From the NCBI GenBank assembly GCA_013239625.1, contig MU053994.1, positions 4,259,434-4,323,433 of the forward strand: 64,000 bases of DNA. The letters run 5' to 3'. Positions 12,084-26,349 of this stretch are shown piece by piece (within the stretch, counting starts at the first letter, position 1; every line of letters begins with the position of its first letter). This stretch comes from Lama guanicoe (Eukaryota). The notes under the pieces were generated by a model. It had not been told where the DNA came from, made no database searches, and saw only the letters and a program-made list of their open reading frames with translations. The position numbers and the translations under genes are program-made.

Positions 12084-13010
12084 GAGTGGTTCTCAAACCT
12101 GGGTGCACGTTAGAATTACCAAGAAACTGAAAAAAGAAATTTAACATTAAAAAATGGTCAAATTGGTAAATTTTATACTCTGTATATTTTACCGTAATTT
12201 TTTTTAAAATGTCGATTTTCCAACCTCCAGGATGTAGAGTGTAAGTCTTCACTCCCTAAGTGTGAGATGTGCATAGCAAGTTTCTTCCAAAGAGGACAGT
12301 ACAGAAAAGGGGAAGAAAGTGTAACTTTACAATGGAGAAACCTGACAAACCTCAGCCAGGTGACCAAGGTCAACACCAACAGTGAGAAGTCATGTTGGTA
12401 GCATTCACCGTTGATACGATGTGATGAAAATGACACTTTACCTCTGTGGTCTTTCTCGCCAACATGTATAACCCCGGCGTAATCATGAGAAAAACACCAA
12501 AACAATCCCAATTGAGGGACAGGCTACAAAGTATCTAGCCGGTAATCCTCAAAGTTGTCCAGGTCATCAAAAATTAGGAAAATGTGGGAAACCGTCACAA
12601 CTCAGAGGACCCTCAGGAGACTTGACAAGGAAATACAATGCGGTATCTTGGATGGGACCCTGATACAGAAGAAGGACATTAGGGAAAAACTGAAGAAATC
12701 TGAATAAAGTATGAATGTTAGTTAATAATAATGCTTCAGTATTGGTTCATTAATTTTCACAAGTGTTCCGTAAGGTGTTAATACTGTGTGTGTGTGTTGG
12801 GGGGGGGGGTATCCGGGAACTCTCTGTACTATTTTTTGCAATAATTCTGTAAAGCTAAAACTCTTCTAAAAGAGAAATTTGTATTAAATAGATAAATATG
12901 CTTGGATCTCACCCCAGATAAATCCATATCTTTGGGTGTGGGGTCTGAGCAACTGTAGTTTTGTAAGCTCCTCGGGGGATTCTGATGCAGAGTGAAATCT
13001 AAGAATCCTT
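12084..13010. mobile_element. MER5A-like DNA element split by an old L1 insertion
   Basis: Left end agtggttctcaaacctgggtgcacgttagaattacc; right part taagctcctcgggggattctgatgca. Confidence 0.7.
12135..12895 (+). mobile_element. Ancient L1 (L1MC/L1MD-like) 3' region
   Basis: gtaactttacaatggagaaacctgacaaac...gggaactctctgtacta...ctgtaaagctaaaact. Confidence 0.8.
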
Positions 13011-14259
13011 GGTTCACCCGGCCCTGCCCTCTGCAGGTCAAGATTCTGATGTTAGCTTGCTGTGTCATTTCACCTGCCTTTGCGTTCTCTCAGCTCTCAC
13101 AGCCAGATTTATCCATGAGCCACATCTCTTGGCCCAGATCCAGCCTGTTTCCTGGGTCAGATTGGAGCAGGCAGAGATCCAGCGTATAATGGGAGTGAGT
13201 TTAAGGTGGGGTGGGATATTTTTTTCCTAAACTCCACCCAGACTTGGGATGATGTTCAGTAATCCCTGGCTCCTCCCAGCCAGCCATGACCCGGTGTGCA
13301 GGAAGGTGCTTCCGTGTCAATTCCTTTTCTGTGATCTATTCAGGGAACTGCTCATATCAAGACTTCCTCCTGAGTAGGGGCCTCAGCCCTCTTGTATAAA
13401 GACCTCATCTTTCCTAGTTTCCTTCATTGAAGACTTTAGCCCCCCTCCTCAGTCACTGATTAGACAGTGATGAAGGTAGACAGAGCCTTTAAAATGATTC
13501 TGTCTGATTGCTGTACCATGACCAGACTTGTGAATTCTCAGTTTATTTCTTGGCTCTGAAAACTCGTCCCTCCCTACCACCTATGCTGGGTCCTATTCTG
13601 GTTAAAATCCCCAAAGACATCACCCTCTACGGAAAGTTCCCTTTTCCATACTATGAGGGAATTGTGCAGGGGACTTAGCTAAGGACCATTGCCAAGGGCT
13701 ACTTCCATTTTAATAGAGAACTCATTACTGAACAGCCAACATAGCCATTCTATCTTTCTATTAGCAATAATCGCGCCTCAGATAAACCTCATTGGCTACG
13801 ATACTGCCACTGCGCAAAGCTCATTCTGTCTTTCTAGAACGAAAGATGTTTCTACCCTCTCAACATTACCCGTTCCTCCCTTCCTAATCCCAGGACTGAC
13901 TAAAGAAAATTTGCGGTGACTTTGTAGGCAACAGAAAGTAAAAAATGGCTCGTACCATCATCACAGGCAGAAATGCATCCCTCATTTCACACCATCAGGA
14001 CAAAGAGGAAGGTCTGCATGTTGAGTTCCTGCCCCTGGAACTGTGAATCGCTGTCTATGAGACAATCATCTGCTCAGAGGCTCAGAAAAGCGTTCCACGT
14101 CAGCGCCTGCTCAGGGCTGGAAGATGACAGTAATGCAGAGCCACTTGGTTTTCGCAAAATACCGATAGCAAGACCCGAAATGACGAGGGATCCCTGAAAT
14201 TACTTGTGTCACCAAGTCGAAGCAGATCATTCTTGATCAAATTTCTACATGATAATGTT

Positions 14260-14500
14260 CCACATTACTGAGTCCTTACTGTCAGCCAGCCGGGACGTGA
14301 GTGTTAGAGATGTGTTACTTAGTTTATCCTCGTAACCACCCTTTCATAGAAGGTCTTAACACCGTCCCTATTTTCTAGGCGAGGAAAATGAGATGTGGGA
14401 ACTTCAACCACATGACTGAGGTCAGACAACCTAGAAGCTGTAGAGCTCTGTGATCTGAGTACTGGAATGAGAGACTGATGCCAGCATCTGCTCACAGAAC
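14260..14500 (-). mobile_element. MIR SINE
   Basis: ttactgagtccttactg...tcctcgtaaccaccct...ccctattttctaggcgaggaaaatgag. Confidence 0.7.
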
Positions 14501-15202
14501 CTTCTGCCCTTCTGCCTCACCACACAGGATCAGAACATGGGGCTTTTCCAGCTCTCATCATCCAATCATTCTGAAAGCCCCACATTGGAGATAATGTTCC
14601 CCCAAAAGGAATCTTCAAGTGTCTGAACAGCACCAAACGCAAAACTCTTAGATCCCTCCTCAGAGTCCCTGATCATGCACAGCGCTACTGACATTTATGT
14701 TAATTACACATAGAATATCGGTGTGTACAAGTAACAGGAATAAGAAAGCAAGTAAAGTATTTATCCTATTAAACAAAATGACTTGGTGCACACATGTTTG
14801 AAAGCACTGGAATCAAGCAGTGCTGTTCCCTAAAACTGAAAATAGGTCAATAGACCTCTGTTCTAGTCTGTGTGGTTAGCCGTTAATCCATATTTGCCTA
14901 CCTGGAGGGAATAACACATATATAATTCTGTGGTTTAAACTTTTCATTATTTCAAGCTGGTTTTACCTCTATCAATCCTATTTAATTAAACTTTTAATTA
15001 AATAACTTTCAATTAAACTATTAATTAAACAATGTGCTTTTTCTTTTTTCTTAAAGCAATGATTTCTGGTAGGTACAGCTGTTGAGGGTAGGGAGCGTTT
15101 TAAATTTCACTCGGTATTTTAAATTGTGTTTCATTCTTTCTTCAGTTAAATGTAACCACCAGTATTCTAGGGAAGAAAACGTCACAGGCCTGTCTTTTTT
15201 AT

Positions 15203-15440
15203 GGTATCAGGGTCCCACCAGGAAAGAGATGGCATATTTAAGTTACAAGATTTCAGGAGAGTTTAATGAAAGAACTATTTACAAAATGTAGAAAACGTAG
15301 GCGGGGTATAGGGAAGCCCCCATAAATGGCACAATACCTAGGGCCAGTAACAAGGGCCTGGGTCCATTACCCATCACCTACCCTAGACCAAAAAGGTCTT
15401 AGAGAGGGAGCTGTCCCCAATACCTAGAGACCTAGTGGGT
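15203..15440 (-). mobile_element. LTR33-like ERVL LTR fragment
   Basis: tcagggtcccaccaggaaagagatggca...ggagagtttaatgaaagaactatttacaa; antisense of the same LTR end seen at ~45300-45372. Confidence 0.65.
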
Positions 15441-17134
15441 TGCAGGGGAGGGCACACCCTATATGCAAATTACCTGATACTGGCGAAGTGAGGGTCCGGT
15501 GGCCTGTGGTTCAGGTTGCTTTCAAGTCTCTCATCTTCTCTGGGGCTATATCCAAGCAGAACATTTCCTATCCCTTCACCATGTGGTCTTTCATTTTTTT
15601 CTCCCAACTCCCACTTTGCTCTTAACTAATTCCTGTAAATAGTCAATGCTCTCCCTGCCTTCTTCCTGTCTTTCTGGGTCAAAACTCACTGAAAAGGTAT
15701 CCACCGAATACACAGCTGGGTCAACCACAAATGAAGCCTCCTGCTGGCCTCCACCCCTCCTTTAACACAGCACACCACTTCCTTGTTGCTCAGAGTCTCC
15801 CAGCCCACTCCACTTACCACTGTACTCACCAGAAATCTCTCATCCTCTTCCTGCCCACCAAATTATTTTTTCACTCCTTTTGACTCCAGTTTATATTCTT
15901 TTCAAAGTCTTTCTTAATTTGTATCCTCTCCCATCTTTATCCACTCAATCCTTGTATATTCCCTCTGAAGTAATTTACTTTATGCCAAATTGTTGTGCTA
16001 ATGGAATATTATTTTATTTCTATAATTATCCTTATGGCTATGATTATCATCACTGTGAAACCAGTGTGTGTGTTTTATCCCCAAAACTAGAAAATGAGTT
16101 GCTGGTGTGTTTCGTACTGAAAGATTACTGAAGGAACTATCTTGCCTGCATCCTCAACCCTGCAACCCAACTTTATTTGTAGGATTTTCTTCAATACACA
16201 TTCTGTATTGATGACAGAATTAGCTGTTAAGTGCTCTGTAACATGTGAACAAGTAACCCAAATGAGGCAGTGCTGATTTATAAAGGAATGATATAGACAA
16301 AAGCACTGGGAAAAACAACAAATATTTAACTTTGTAAATTAAGTGCATCCTTATGAATGTAAGCAATAGGATGATAAGGTGAGTGAGGGGGACAATTATG
16401 ACTTTGTTGGTCCAGGACAAGGAGAGAAATCACAGCCTCTCCTCCATGCATGGACGAATGGCTTCACGGAGGAAATAAGGTCAATTTCTGTTTGCTGAAG
16501 ACATCGAGCCAATGCACTCATTCTCTGGACAGACTAGTTCAGTTCAGCCAGTAATTATATGGCTAGATCTACTCGGTGAGAAATGGAAATGGGAACTTAC
16601 TTCTTGTTTAGTCCTCTTTGTCTGCCTTCTAAAGCCTTCTTGGTGTTGGTTCTTCATGTGACCTGTTTAGAAATGAGGTAGCTTCATTGAGATTCATTCA
16701 TTTTCTCTAGAGGAAGTACATGATTATATTTCACTCTATAAATAAGAGAAAGTCATAGTAAAAATGGATCGAGTACAGAGTTTTATATAATGGAAAGTCC
16801 CTCTCCGTGACAAATGCCATTTTTCAGGCTATGGAGTGCTTTGTTTGCAAATGAGCACCGTTTTTTGACCAGTTTGGTACAAATGTCATAAGAGAAGAAA
16901 ACAGTCTACAAAAGGAATATAGAAATGATCAACTATGTACTTTTTTGTTGGTAAGAGGTAGAGTATCTCTAAGTTAAAAAGATATCATCATTGAAACGAA
17001 AATTACTTACTAAAGAGATTCAAAACAATAATTTTTTTCATGTAGATGTTCACACACTACATGCCTGGGCATCTGATATTTAAAATCAACATTATTGTCA
17101 TCATTATTCCTCATCATTAATTGTGTACATATCA

Positions 17135-17460
17135 TGAATTTGACTCTTCTGCTCACTAGCTATGCCTCTATGCCTCAGAGCCCTTATCCGTAAAATGAGG
17201 ATTAAAATAACACACACTTCATGAGGTTGTAGTAAGAATAAATGAGCTAATGCATATAAAGCGCTTATACCAGTGCCTGATATTTATTGTTCTCAGCGAG
17301 GCTGTTATTTGAATAACTGTTACTATTATTGTTACCACTTTGCTCTTTTCGTGTTGGTTCATTTGTGAAGATGAACTATTATCATTACCTTAGTTTTACA
17401 GATGAGAGAATGAAGCTCTGAGAAGTTTAGTCACTCTCTCAAGATGATACAGCTGGTCAG
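17135..17460. mobile_element. Two MIR fragments in opposite orientation
   Basis: + core (tatccgtaaaatgaggatt...aaatgagctaatgcatataaagcgctt), then - core (ttttacagatgagagaatgaagctctgagaag). Confidence 0.75.
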
Positions 17461-18485
17461 ATAAAAGTCTACCTGAAGGGCTGGGTTGGCGCTTGTAATC
17501 TGAATTGCATTAATATCCAGCTAAGGGAAAACTTATTGTCTTAACTATGTTGAAAAGATTGTGTTTGGAACATTTACTCATTGGCATTTTCATCACAAAA
17601 AGATCTCTGCCTCCAGGCTTCGTTGGCCCCATTTATTTTTTCATCCTTCCATCCTAGGTCCTCCCTCAGCAGTCAGAGATGGTAGAAAGAGACAGGAGAG
17701 GGGAGGGCGGCAAGCGAGCAGCAGAATCAGGATGGAGAAGCGCGCTGGTGCTTTCTCCATTTATACTCAGAACTCAAAATGCTCAGCTCGGCTTCAGCAG
17801 CAATTCATCTTATAAATCAATTTGGCAAGGCATCAGCTTTAAAATCCATTACACTGAATCAGGAGTGGAGTTTACAGCTAATGTGCCAATAGGACACCTG
17901 TATGTGGCAGTGACCTTTTAAGTTGGCGTGAACCCGTGTTCATGCTCGGCTCTGCCTCTCTGCATGACACTGAATCAGTTATGGTCCCGCCTATTACTTC
18001 ATGCAGAAAGAATGGCTGAAGTGTTGACTCTCGGTCTCTTTAGAAAACTAGAGACTAGTAGAATGATGACATTGTTTTTTATTCTAGATGACCTCTTGAA
18101 ATTCTGCTTACCATAACAGCTGTCACGGGATTATTTTTCATAATGGGAAGAGGTTTAATATCTTTTGTTCTTTTTACTCTTCACTCATTTATCAGTTACT
18201 TAATATCTGGCTTCCCACACCAAAACTTGACCGAAATTGTTTTCTAGAAAGCCACCCGTGATTTCCTAATTATCTAATGCAGAAACTTCTTTTTCTTCTT
18301 ATCTTTTATAATGCTTCTCCAGCATTTGACCTTGGGGACCAATCTCTTCCTTCTTGAAAATCTCTATTCCCTTTGCTTCCACAGCATCCCAATAGCTTGG
18401 AGTTTTGCTCATCTATCTGGAGACTAGTTAAAATCAAGCTCTTCAGTCTCTTGTAGATAATTCATGAGCTTGCTTTACTGACTTC

Positions 18486-19018
18486 TGTGGTAGACAGAAT
18501 ATTGGCGCCTCCAAAGATGTCCACATCCTAATCCTCAGACCTGCAAATATGTTATCTTATATGACAAGAGAGGGGGTATGCCAATGTGATTATGTTAAGG
18601 ATCTTTAAATGGAGAGATTACTCCTGAATTATCCAGGTAGTGTCCAGTGTGATCACAAACATACTTATAAAATAAGGAAACAGGAGAGTCAGAGCAGAAG
18701 ATGTGACTATGGAAGCAGAAATCAGAAGAGAGTGAGAGCTAGAATGAGAGAGACAGAGACTGAGGCAGAGAGATCTGAAGGTGGTACACTTGGCTTTGAA
18801 GATGGTGGTAGGAGCTATAGCTGAGGAAAACAGGTGGCCTCTATAAGCTGGAAAAGACATGGAAATGAATTTTCCCCTGGAGCCTCCAGAGGGAATACAG
18901 CCCTGCCTACACCTAGATTTTAGGACTTTTGGCCTCCCAAACTCTAAAGTAAATTTGTGTTGTTTTGAGCCACTAAGTTTGTGGTGACTTGTTACAGCAG
19001 CAGTAGGAAACTAATACA
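18486..19018 (+). mobile_element. MLT1D MaLR solo LTR inserted in L2
   Basis: Starts tgtggtagacagaat...ccaaagatgtccacatcctaatcc and ends gcagcagtaggaaactaataca; L2-like sequence on both sides. Confidence 0.9.
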
Positions 19019-19234
19019 AATGCCTTTTCAATTCTTTATTTTCCACTCTGAAAATTCTCCCAAATTGCAGAACTGAATTTTCAGTTATCTTCTAAGCATC
19101 TCTACTTGGATCCTTGGCCAGCGTCTCAAATTCAATTCATTCAAAATGAAATTTATTATCTTTTTCCAAAAAATGTATTCCACTTGTGGATTTTTCTGAC
19201 TACATTCATTTACTCATTTATTGACTATTTTATT

Positions 19235-20900
19235 AATTTATTTATTCATAAATCAAGTGTTTAATGAGCATCTATTCTGCCAGATACTGTTGAGACTCTT
19301 AGAATTCAGAAGGGAACAAAAGATAAAATCTCTGCCCTGATGGGGATCACATGCTAGGGGAAAAATAGACAAAACCAGGAAACAAATAAATAAAACATTT
19401 CCATCTAGTGAAACTTTTATGAAGACTTTCAAGAAAGGGAAGGGGATAGAGACTAATCTGAAGAAGGGGTGGTGATGGCTATTTTCAGTAGGATGATGGG
19501 AGAAGGTCTATCTGCGGAGGTGGCATTTGAGCAGAGACCTGATTGAAGAGGAGCAAGAGCAAGAATAAGACTGTGGAAGAATAGCATTCCAGGCAGAAGG
19601 TACAGCACATAGAAGGATCCTCGAGGTAGGAATGAGGTTGGGTTGTTCATATTCAGGTGATTGCAAGAAGACTGGAGGAGAGCGGGCAAAGAGATGAGGA
19701 CAGAAAGATGGGCAGAGACATCTTCAGTCATAGGTAGGAATTCTGATTGTTTTCTAAGTGTGATGGAAGCCATTAGAGAATTTTGAACAAAGGAGTGATA
19801 TGATCTGACTTACACTTTAAAAAAAAATCACTGTGGCTGCTCTATTGAGGACAAAATGAAAGAAGAAAGAGGAAGTCCAGTTAGAAAGCTAAGTAATAAA
19901 TGATAGTGGCTTGGCCCAAGGTAGTAGCAGTGGAGGTGGTCAGAATTAGGATATATTTTGAAGGCAGAGCTGATAATAACTGCTTAGGATTGATGTGCAT
20001 AATAAAGACAGGAAAGAAATAAGGACAAGCACCTAAGTTTTGAGAAAATGAAAAAATGTAGCAGCCATTAACCAAAATGAGGAAGACTGCAAGAGTAGCA
20101 GGTTTGGGAACAAATACCAAGTTTGGTTTCTGATATATTATGATTGATATGCCTTTAGACCTCAAAGTGGAGATGTCACATAGGTAGCTGAATGCTAATA
20201 TGTAAGTTTGCTGCTCAAATAGGCAGTCTGGACGGAAGACAAATTTGGAAATTATCAGCACAAAAATGATGTTCAAAGCATAGGACTGGATGAATTCACT
20301 TAAGGAAATACTGATGATAAAGAAGAGACGAGGTCTGAGGGATGAGCCCTAGGGGACTGCAATGTAGAGAGATAAGACGAAGAGAAGCCAGCAAGGGAGA
20401 TTAAGAAGGAGCAGCCAGTGATGCAGGGGGAAAGCCAGGGGAATGAGGCTCAAATGCCAAATGAAGAATGTATTTTCAGAAGGGGGAAATGGTCATCTCT
20501 GTTAAATGCTGTCAAATTCTTTTGTGAAATGAAGACAGGGAACTCAGCACTTGATTTGATGATACGGAGTTCTGTTCACTATGACAAGAGTTGTTTCCAT
20601 GCAATGGAGGGGGAAGCTTTTGGTTAGAGTGGGTCTAAGAAAGAAAAGGAGATGAAGACTCCAAGACAGTAAGTATAGACAACAGTCTACAGAATTTTGC
20701 TATAAAATGAAAGAAAAAATGAGATCATAGCTGGAAGGAGAGATGAGATAATGACAGGTGTCTTATTTAATATTGGAACTATTATATCTAAGTTTATATG
20801 ATGATGAGAATGACCCTGTAGAAAGAGGATAATCCCCAGGTGGTACAGAGAAAGGGGATTCAGTGTATGAGTATAGGCGTTATTACTGTTCATTCATTTT
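19235..20900 (-). mobile_element. L2 LINE
   Basis: Antisense L2 3' end (tttaatgagcatctattctgccagatactg) followed by a long purine-rich L2 body. Confidence 0.8.
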
Positions 20901-21665
20901 TATAGGTAGGAGAGAGAGAATGTCAGTTATGATAGAATAGGTAATAGATTTAATGAGAATAAGGAAGAATGTGGATATTTTGAAGGGTTAGAGAAGAGGG
21001 AAAAGAGGTAGGAAAGAGGCATCTGAAACAGTAGCACAGCAACTTTATAAGCAAGATGAAGCATGTTTGCTAAGCATCAATGAAGGCCCACTTGGTCAAT
21101 GGGTAGGAGTCCTAAGATTTCAGAATAGTTGGAATAAGGGTACTAGATTAGTGATCTGGAAACACAGAAGGCTATGATGACAGCTTGTGACGTTTGAGGT
21201 TAAGATTAAGGATATTCCTCATCATGAATTAGGCTGAGTGACCAGGAGTGCAATATATGACAACTTCTAAAAGAATGAGCCAAGGATTGTGAGGTCTAGG
21301 GTAATGCAATTCAAAGACTTGTAATTTTTGATAAAGAATACAGGTAAAATAATTGGGAAGCAACAAGCACACCTACCCTGCCTCAAGGTCCTATAAGTAG
21401 CATTTGAAAGGGCTGCAAAGGAGGCATTGTCCTCAGGAAAGAGCCCGATTATGATTAGAACAAGAGGGTGAAGGGAACATTAAGAGATGAAGTAGGGGAT
21501 ACGGGGGATTTTGCTGATGATAAATCATGAATTTCAGAGGACTTGGGACTGGGGATCAGGGAAATGTAGGTAATGAGATCAGGCTTATCATGTACAGAGC
21601 TGGATGGGGAGAAAGTCTGGATGATGGCCTGAGCAATTTGGATTTCTGGTAGTAACTGATGAAAA

Positions 21666-21752
21666 CAGGGAACTATATTCAATACCATGATCGCTATGCT
21701 GTACACCAGAAATTAACACAACATTGTAAACTGACTATACTTCCATTAAAAA
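21666..21752 (+). mobile_element. Short L1 3'UTR fragment with internal deletion
   Basis: cagggaactatattcaata joined to ctatgctgtacaccagaaattaacacaacattgtaaactgactatac. Confidence 0.8.
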
Positions 21753-22089
21753 CCAGAAACAGGGATGGGAGGGAAGCTGATGGGATGGGAGGAGAAAGGG
21801 ATTATTTAGTCCTAAATTGGTCTTTTAGAAGAAGGTAGGGCATCGATTCTATTGAGACAGATAGTTGATATCAATGGCCCTGACAATGTCAAGCCATCTT
21901 GTAAATATTGTCTTACCTGGAGCACCCTGAGCCCTGCAGACCTATTTTATAGACTACAGTGAATCGTGTCAGGCCCAGAGGAGAAATCTACCAGAAACAA
22001 ATGCTCTTTAGGCCTATTTTGAATCTTGCTGTGGATAGTGGTGTTGTGGCCAAGGGATAAGGGTGATCTTACTAGGTCATCTTGCCCAG

Positions 22090-23062
22090 ATTTTTTCGAG
22101 TCCCAGGTACACATGTCTAATTTTGTACTCAACTTCTTCATTTTAGTGGCTCAGAGTTATCTCAAATTCAACAAGGCAAAAAAAAAATATATATATATAT
22201 ATATACTCTCCAAAGTCTACAATACGAATTTGATCCTCTCTTAGTGTCTCCTCTCTTATTGAACGGTGTAAACCGAAAATCCAAAAGTTCATCCTTGTCA
22301 CCCATATCAAATTTGTTGCCTAGTCCTGCTAACTCTACTCCTCCAGCATATCCGCAATCTATCCATTTTTTTCCATTTCCAGTACACACACCCTTTACAG
22401 ATACCACCCTAGAACAAGCCACTAACATCTCTCCTCTGTTCTATTTACAACAACTTCTCAACTGGACTTACTACTTCCATTCCTGCTTCTAATATAACTA
22501 CCAGATTGAGCTTTTAAAAACTTAAGTCATATTCTGTTTCTCCCCAGCTGAATACCTTTTCATGAATTTCCAATGTACATAAAATAAAATCCCAATTCCG
22601 TCACATGATATCCTTGGCCCAGCAAGACCCAGTCCCGGCTCACCAAACCCGACATACTGGCCTTCCTGATCTTTGGTCCTAATAGGTTTATTCCCAACAT
22701 TGGGCTTTTGCACTTCTTAGTCCCTCTACCTAGAACTCTCAGCTCCAGATTTTTCAAATGGCTGCCCCATTCTCATCATTCGGGTCTTTGAAACACAGGT
22801 TACCTTCTCAACACAGCTTTGCCTTAACATACAACATAAAAGAGCCAACCCTCTTCCCTAGCCTACTTTAGTCACTGTCACATTACCCTATTATATTTCC
22901 TTCATCCTTATTGGAAGTTATTTTATTTACTTGTTAATTGTCTGTTTCTCTCTTCTAGAATATAACCTATGAAGGCAGGAGCTTATATCCCTACAGTATG
23001 CTCAGTGCCTGGAAAAGTACTTGATAAATAATAGTCATCCACTAATATATATTGAATGAATG
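22090..23062 (+). mobile_element. L2 LINE 3' region
   Basis: Pyrimidine-rich L2 body ending cagtgcctgg...ttgaatgaatg. Confidence 0.8.
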
Positions 23063-25024
23063 TCAAGGGTTAAAGAATTACATGCCCTATAAACCGAATA
23101 TCTTCAGCCTCACAAGATTATCAGTCAAAACTTTTAACGTATTATTATTTAATGTGCAACCGTTTAAATCCCCTTAAACTCTTCTTTGGGTTTACATTTC
23201 CGCTTTTGCACTTTTGCAAGAATGAGGCTGCTCTGATGATTTTGAGGGAGCTAGCAAAGGATTACACTATCGTAATAACTTCCTATGTCGATTCTGGAAA
23301 GCAACCTGCTTCTTAGTATGCAAAAATTATTTGAATGAAATCATATTTGAGGTTTAAATGCCTCCATTTACCACTGATATATTTCAGAATATTTACTTTA
23401 GGGAAAAAAAACAAGATCTCTCTTTTATTTTCTATTTACATGTATACATACATACATTCTACTAAACTAGCTGATTTTGAAAGTCAGTGTACATTGCAGA
23501 AAACATTTGTTTCATAGTAATAGCCACTTATTAGAAAAATGTCTGTTTGTTTTTAAAGGATAACCCTTTCGTCTTCCAGGGAAAATATATCAATAACCAT
23601 TGGAGTAGAGAGAAATCTTTACTTTCTCGATTTTTTTCACTGCACTACTGGATGTGATTTGCTGGGGAGGTTGGGATAATGGTTGGCAAAAGTTCGCATT
23701 TCTACAAGAATCCTGCTGAGGCTACGTGGAAAGATTAGTAATGGCTAAGAACTGCGGGTTGCTCAGTTAATTGATTTTTTTTCTATCTAGAGGATAGCCA
23801 TTCCTTTATTTTCACTGTAGTTGGCATATAATAGACTGATCTCAAGGTACACAGTTGAAGTCCTTGCAGTTCTGAGAACATGTGCTTTTCAATGGAAAGC
23901 TTGGTACCAGTTGAATAAAGGAAATTATACGGGCTGACATTAACCCTTCCCGTTATTTCCCTGGGTGTATGTAATCATCATTCTTGTGATTTAAAGCTGA
24001 CCCACAAGACAAGTGTGTTTATAGTGAGTACGACATGCCTCTTTTCTTATCATACATAGATTTTTTTTGTTCTTCATACAACTAGAAATAAAAACCCTTT
24101 TTGATCCTATTTCTAAGAAGCATAGAAGTATTTTTCTTCCAAACTAATCATAATCATCATTCTGTAAAATACTTTTCATTTCTGAATCTATAAATCTTTG
24201 TAAACATTAATTTTGAGAGCTCCACTATGAAGCAAGCTAGGTTGGCCCCCCAAATCAGATATTCTGTTTCCTTGTTGGCAGGACACCATGCAGAATTCCC
24301 ACAGTTAGAGTTGAAAAGAGTTATCCTTTCCTATTTCATCTCCCCTAAAGGATTGTTATCTGGCAGTTTATGGAGAAAACATCCTATTTATTTATGAGGT
24401 AGTTCAACCCTATTGGCAGCTCTGCACTATGATACCATTGCTGACAGGGTGGTGTATTAGTCATAATTAAAACATTAGTTGTAAGTAAAACAAATTTGAA
24501 TTAGTTATTTCATCTCTGAGACTCTTAGTTCAATTGGACTTCCTAGATCTTGTACAACTTGAGTGAGAATGTAGAATTTCCAGGTCCCCTGGCTCTGAGT
24601 ATGGTCAGAAGATTAAAAGGAATAGTTGGCATTGGATACAAAAATATGTCAGTAATTCTTTTTTTTTTTTTTTGTATCCCTCCAGAACACTTATGTAGGT
24701 GTTGAAGGAGGAGAAAGGGATCTTATGTCTTGCAGAAAGTCCAATTCCTTGGTATTGTCAAAAAATAAATATTTTTCTGTGTCCCAAACAACTCTTTTCT
24801 GCTATAAAGTAAAAGGATAACTTTTGAAGAAAAAAGTTTTATCTGCAGTCATGGAACATATTAAAATGCCAGTTGAAATTCCTGGTAGCTTGTCTTCCAT
24901 TCAAAAATACTTCAGCTTATTTTGTATTTATTTGGGAGGAATCAACATTTTAATTAACATCATACAGCTGAAAGGTAACTATCAATTGAAAAAGGGAAAA
25001 ATAACCTATGTTTCAGATACTAGA

Positions 25025-25400
25025 CTTATCGGTTAACTTTTGCTGTGTAACAAACTACCCCAAAGCTCAGTGGTTTAAAGCAGCAACTATCTACTGAGCA
25101 AATAATTCTGGGGATTGACAGTTTCGGTTATGCTCATTGGAGCAGCTCTTCCAGTCTCTGCCAGGGTCATTCATGCATTTGTGGTCAGCTACTGTGTGAG
25201 CCATGGGCTGGCTTTTCTCAGATGACTTCATGCTAGACAGTTCATCTCTCCTCCACGTGGTCTCTCATACTAGAACAGACTTCTGGCCAGTGTTCCAAGA
25301 AGTCAAGCCAATGCATGCAAGTCTTCTTAACATCTAGTCTCATAACTGGCATAACATCATTTAACCTACATTCTACTGGCCAAAGCTAATCCCAAGACCA
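25025..25400 (-). mobile_element. MaLR LTR (MLT1H-like)
   Basis: ttgctgtgtaacaaactaccccaaagctcagtggtttaaagcagcaa...cattctactggccaaagc. Confidence 0.7.
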
Positions 25401-25879
25401 TGGGGTGGGGACCAGTAAGCCAGAGAAAGGAGAGTCAGAGATGGTAAAGTGGATGTTCCCATGGATAGCAATATCCTGGCCTAAGAATAGGTTTAACTGT
25501 GGAGGTCAGAGCTGGTGTCCTTCATGCTTTAACATGTACCAATAAATCTTCCTGCTATGATCTCAACATTCAAGATGCAACCTTCTGATTTAATTTGTTT
25601 TTTCCTGTAGTATGCTGAGAATTTCCTGATCAATATACTACAGTGTCATTTAAGTTTCTTATACAAATGGGTAAATTGGCACTCAACTCCATTTAGCTCT
25701 TCCTTCCCAGTATCTTTTTCCCTTCTCTCCTTCCCATTATAAAACTAGCTTCTTTCTTCCTCTGAACCCTAGGTTCCATGGTACCCAGGTATTAGAGGTA
25801 TGGGTTTTGTTCCAGCACAGGTTCCTTGTCTCTTGACACCATAGATTTATCTCCCCTGCCTCTGGGGGCAAGAACTGAG

Positions 25880-26349
25880 CCACTATCATGTTTACCCTAG
25901 AAGGAGTCACAGCGGTTTCAAGAGTCAGGTCTGATCACCTGCACCCACAGAGACTCTGTCTTCTCCAGTGACTGTCTAGTGAGGTCAGGTGGGGTGTTGA
26001 TGCCCCATGGGGTGAACTTTGACTAATGAGACAGGAGATGGAAAGGGATTGGCAGATAAATTGCTTGTCCTTCCTCTCTTTCCAACAAAACCATATGGTT
26101 CAGAAAAGCAGGAGTTCCACACATCCTTTCTGAAGATATCTTACATGACCAATCAATCAACCAATTGTCCTACATGGCAATGAACATCTTGGTAACACAT
26201 CATCTTGTATTAGGTTTTGCTCCTTCCTTGACTGAAATTCCCTTTTCCCTCATTCTTCATTCACAGAGTGCACCCAACCTCAAAAGCAAGTAAGTGAACT
26301 GTGTATCACACCCTCATCCTCTGTTTTTTAGGGAACTCAGGATGAAACA
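25880..26349 (+). mobile_element. LTR16-like ERVL LTR
   Basis: gatgccccatggggtgaactttgactaatgaga...ctctgtttttagggaactcaggatgaaaca. Confidence 0.6.
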
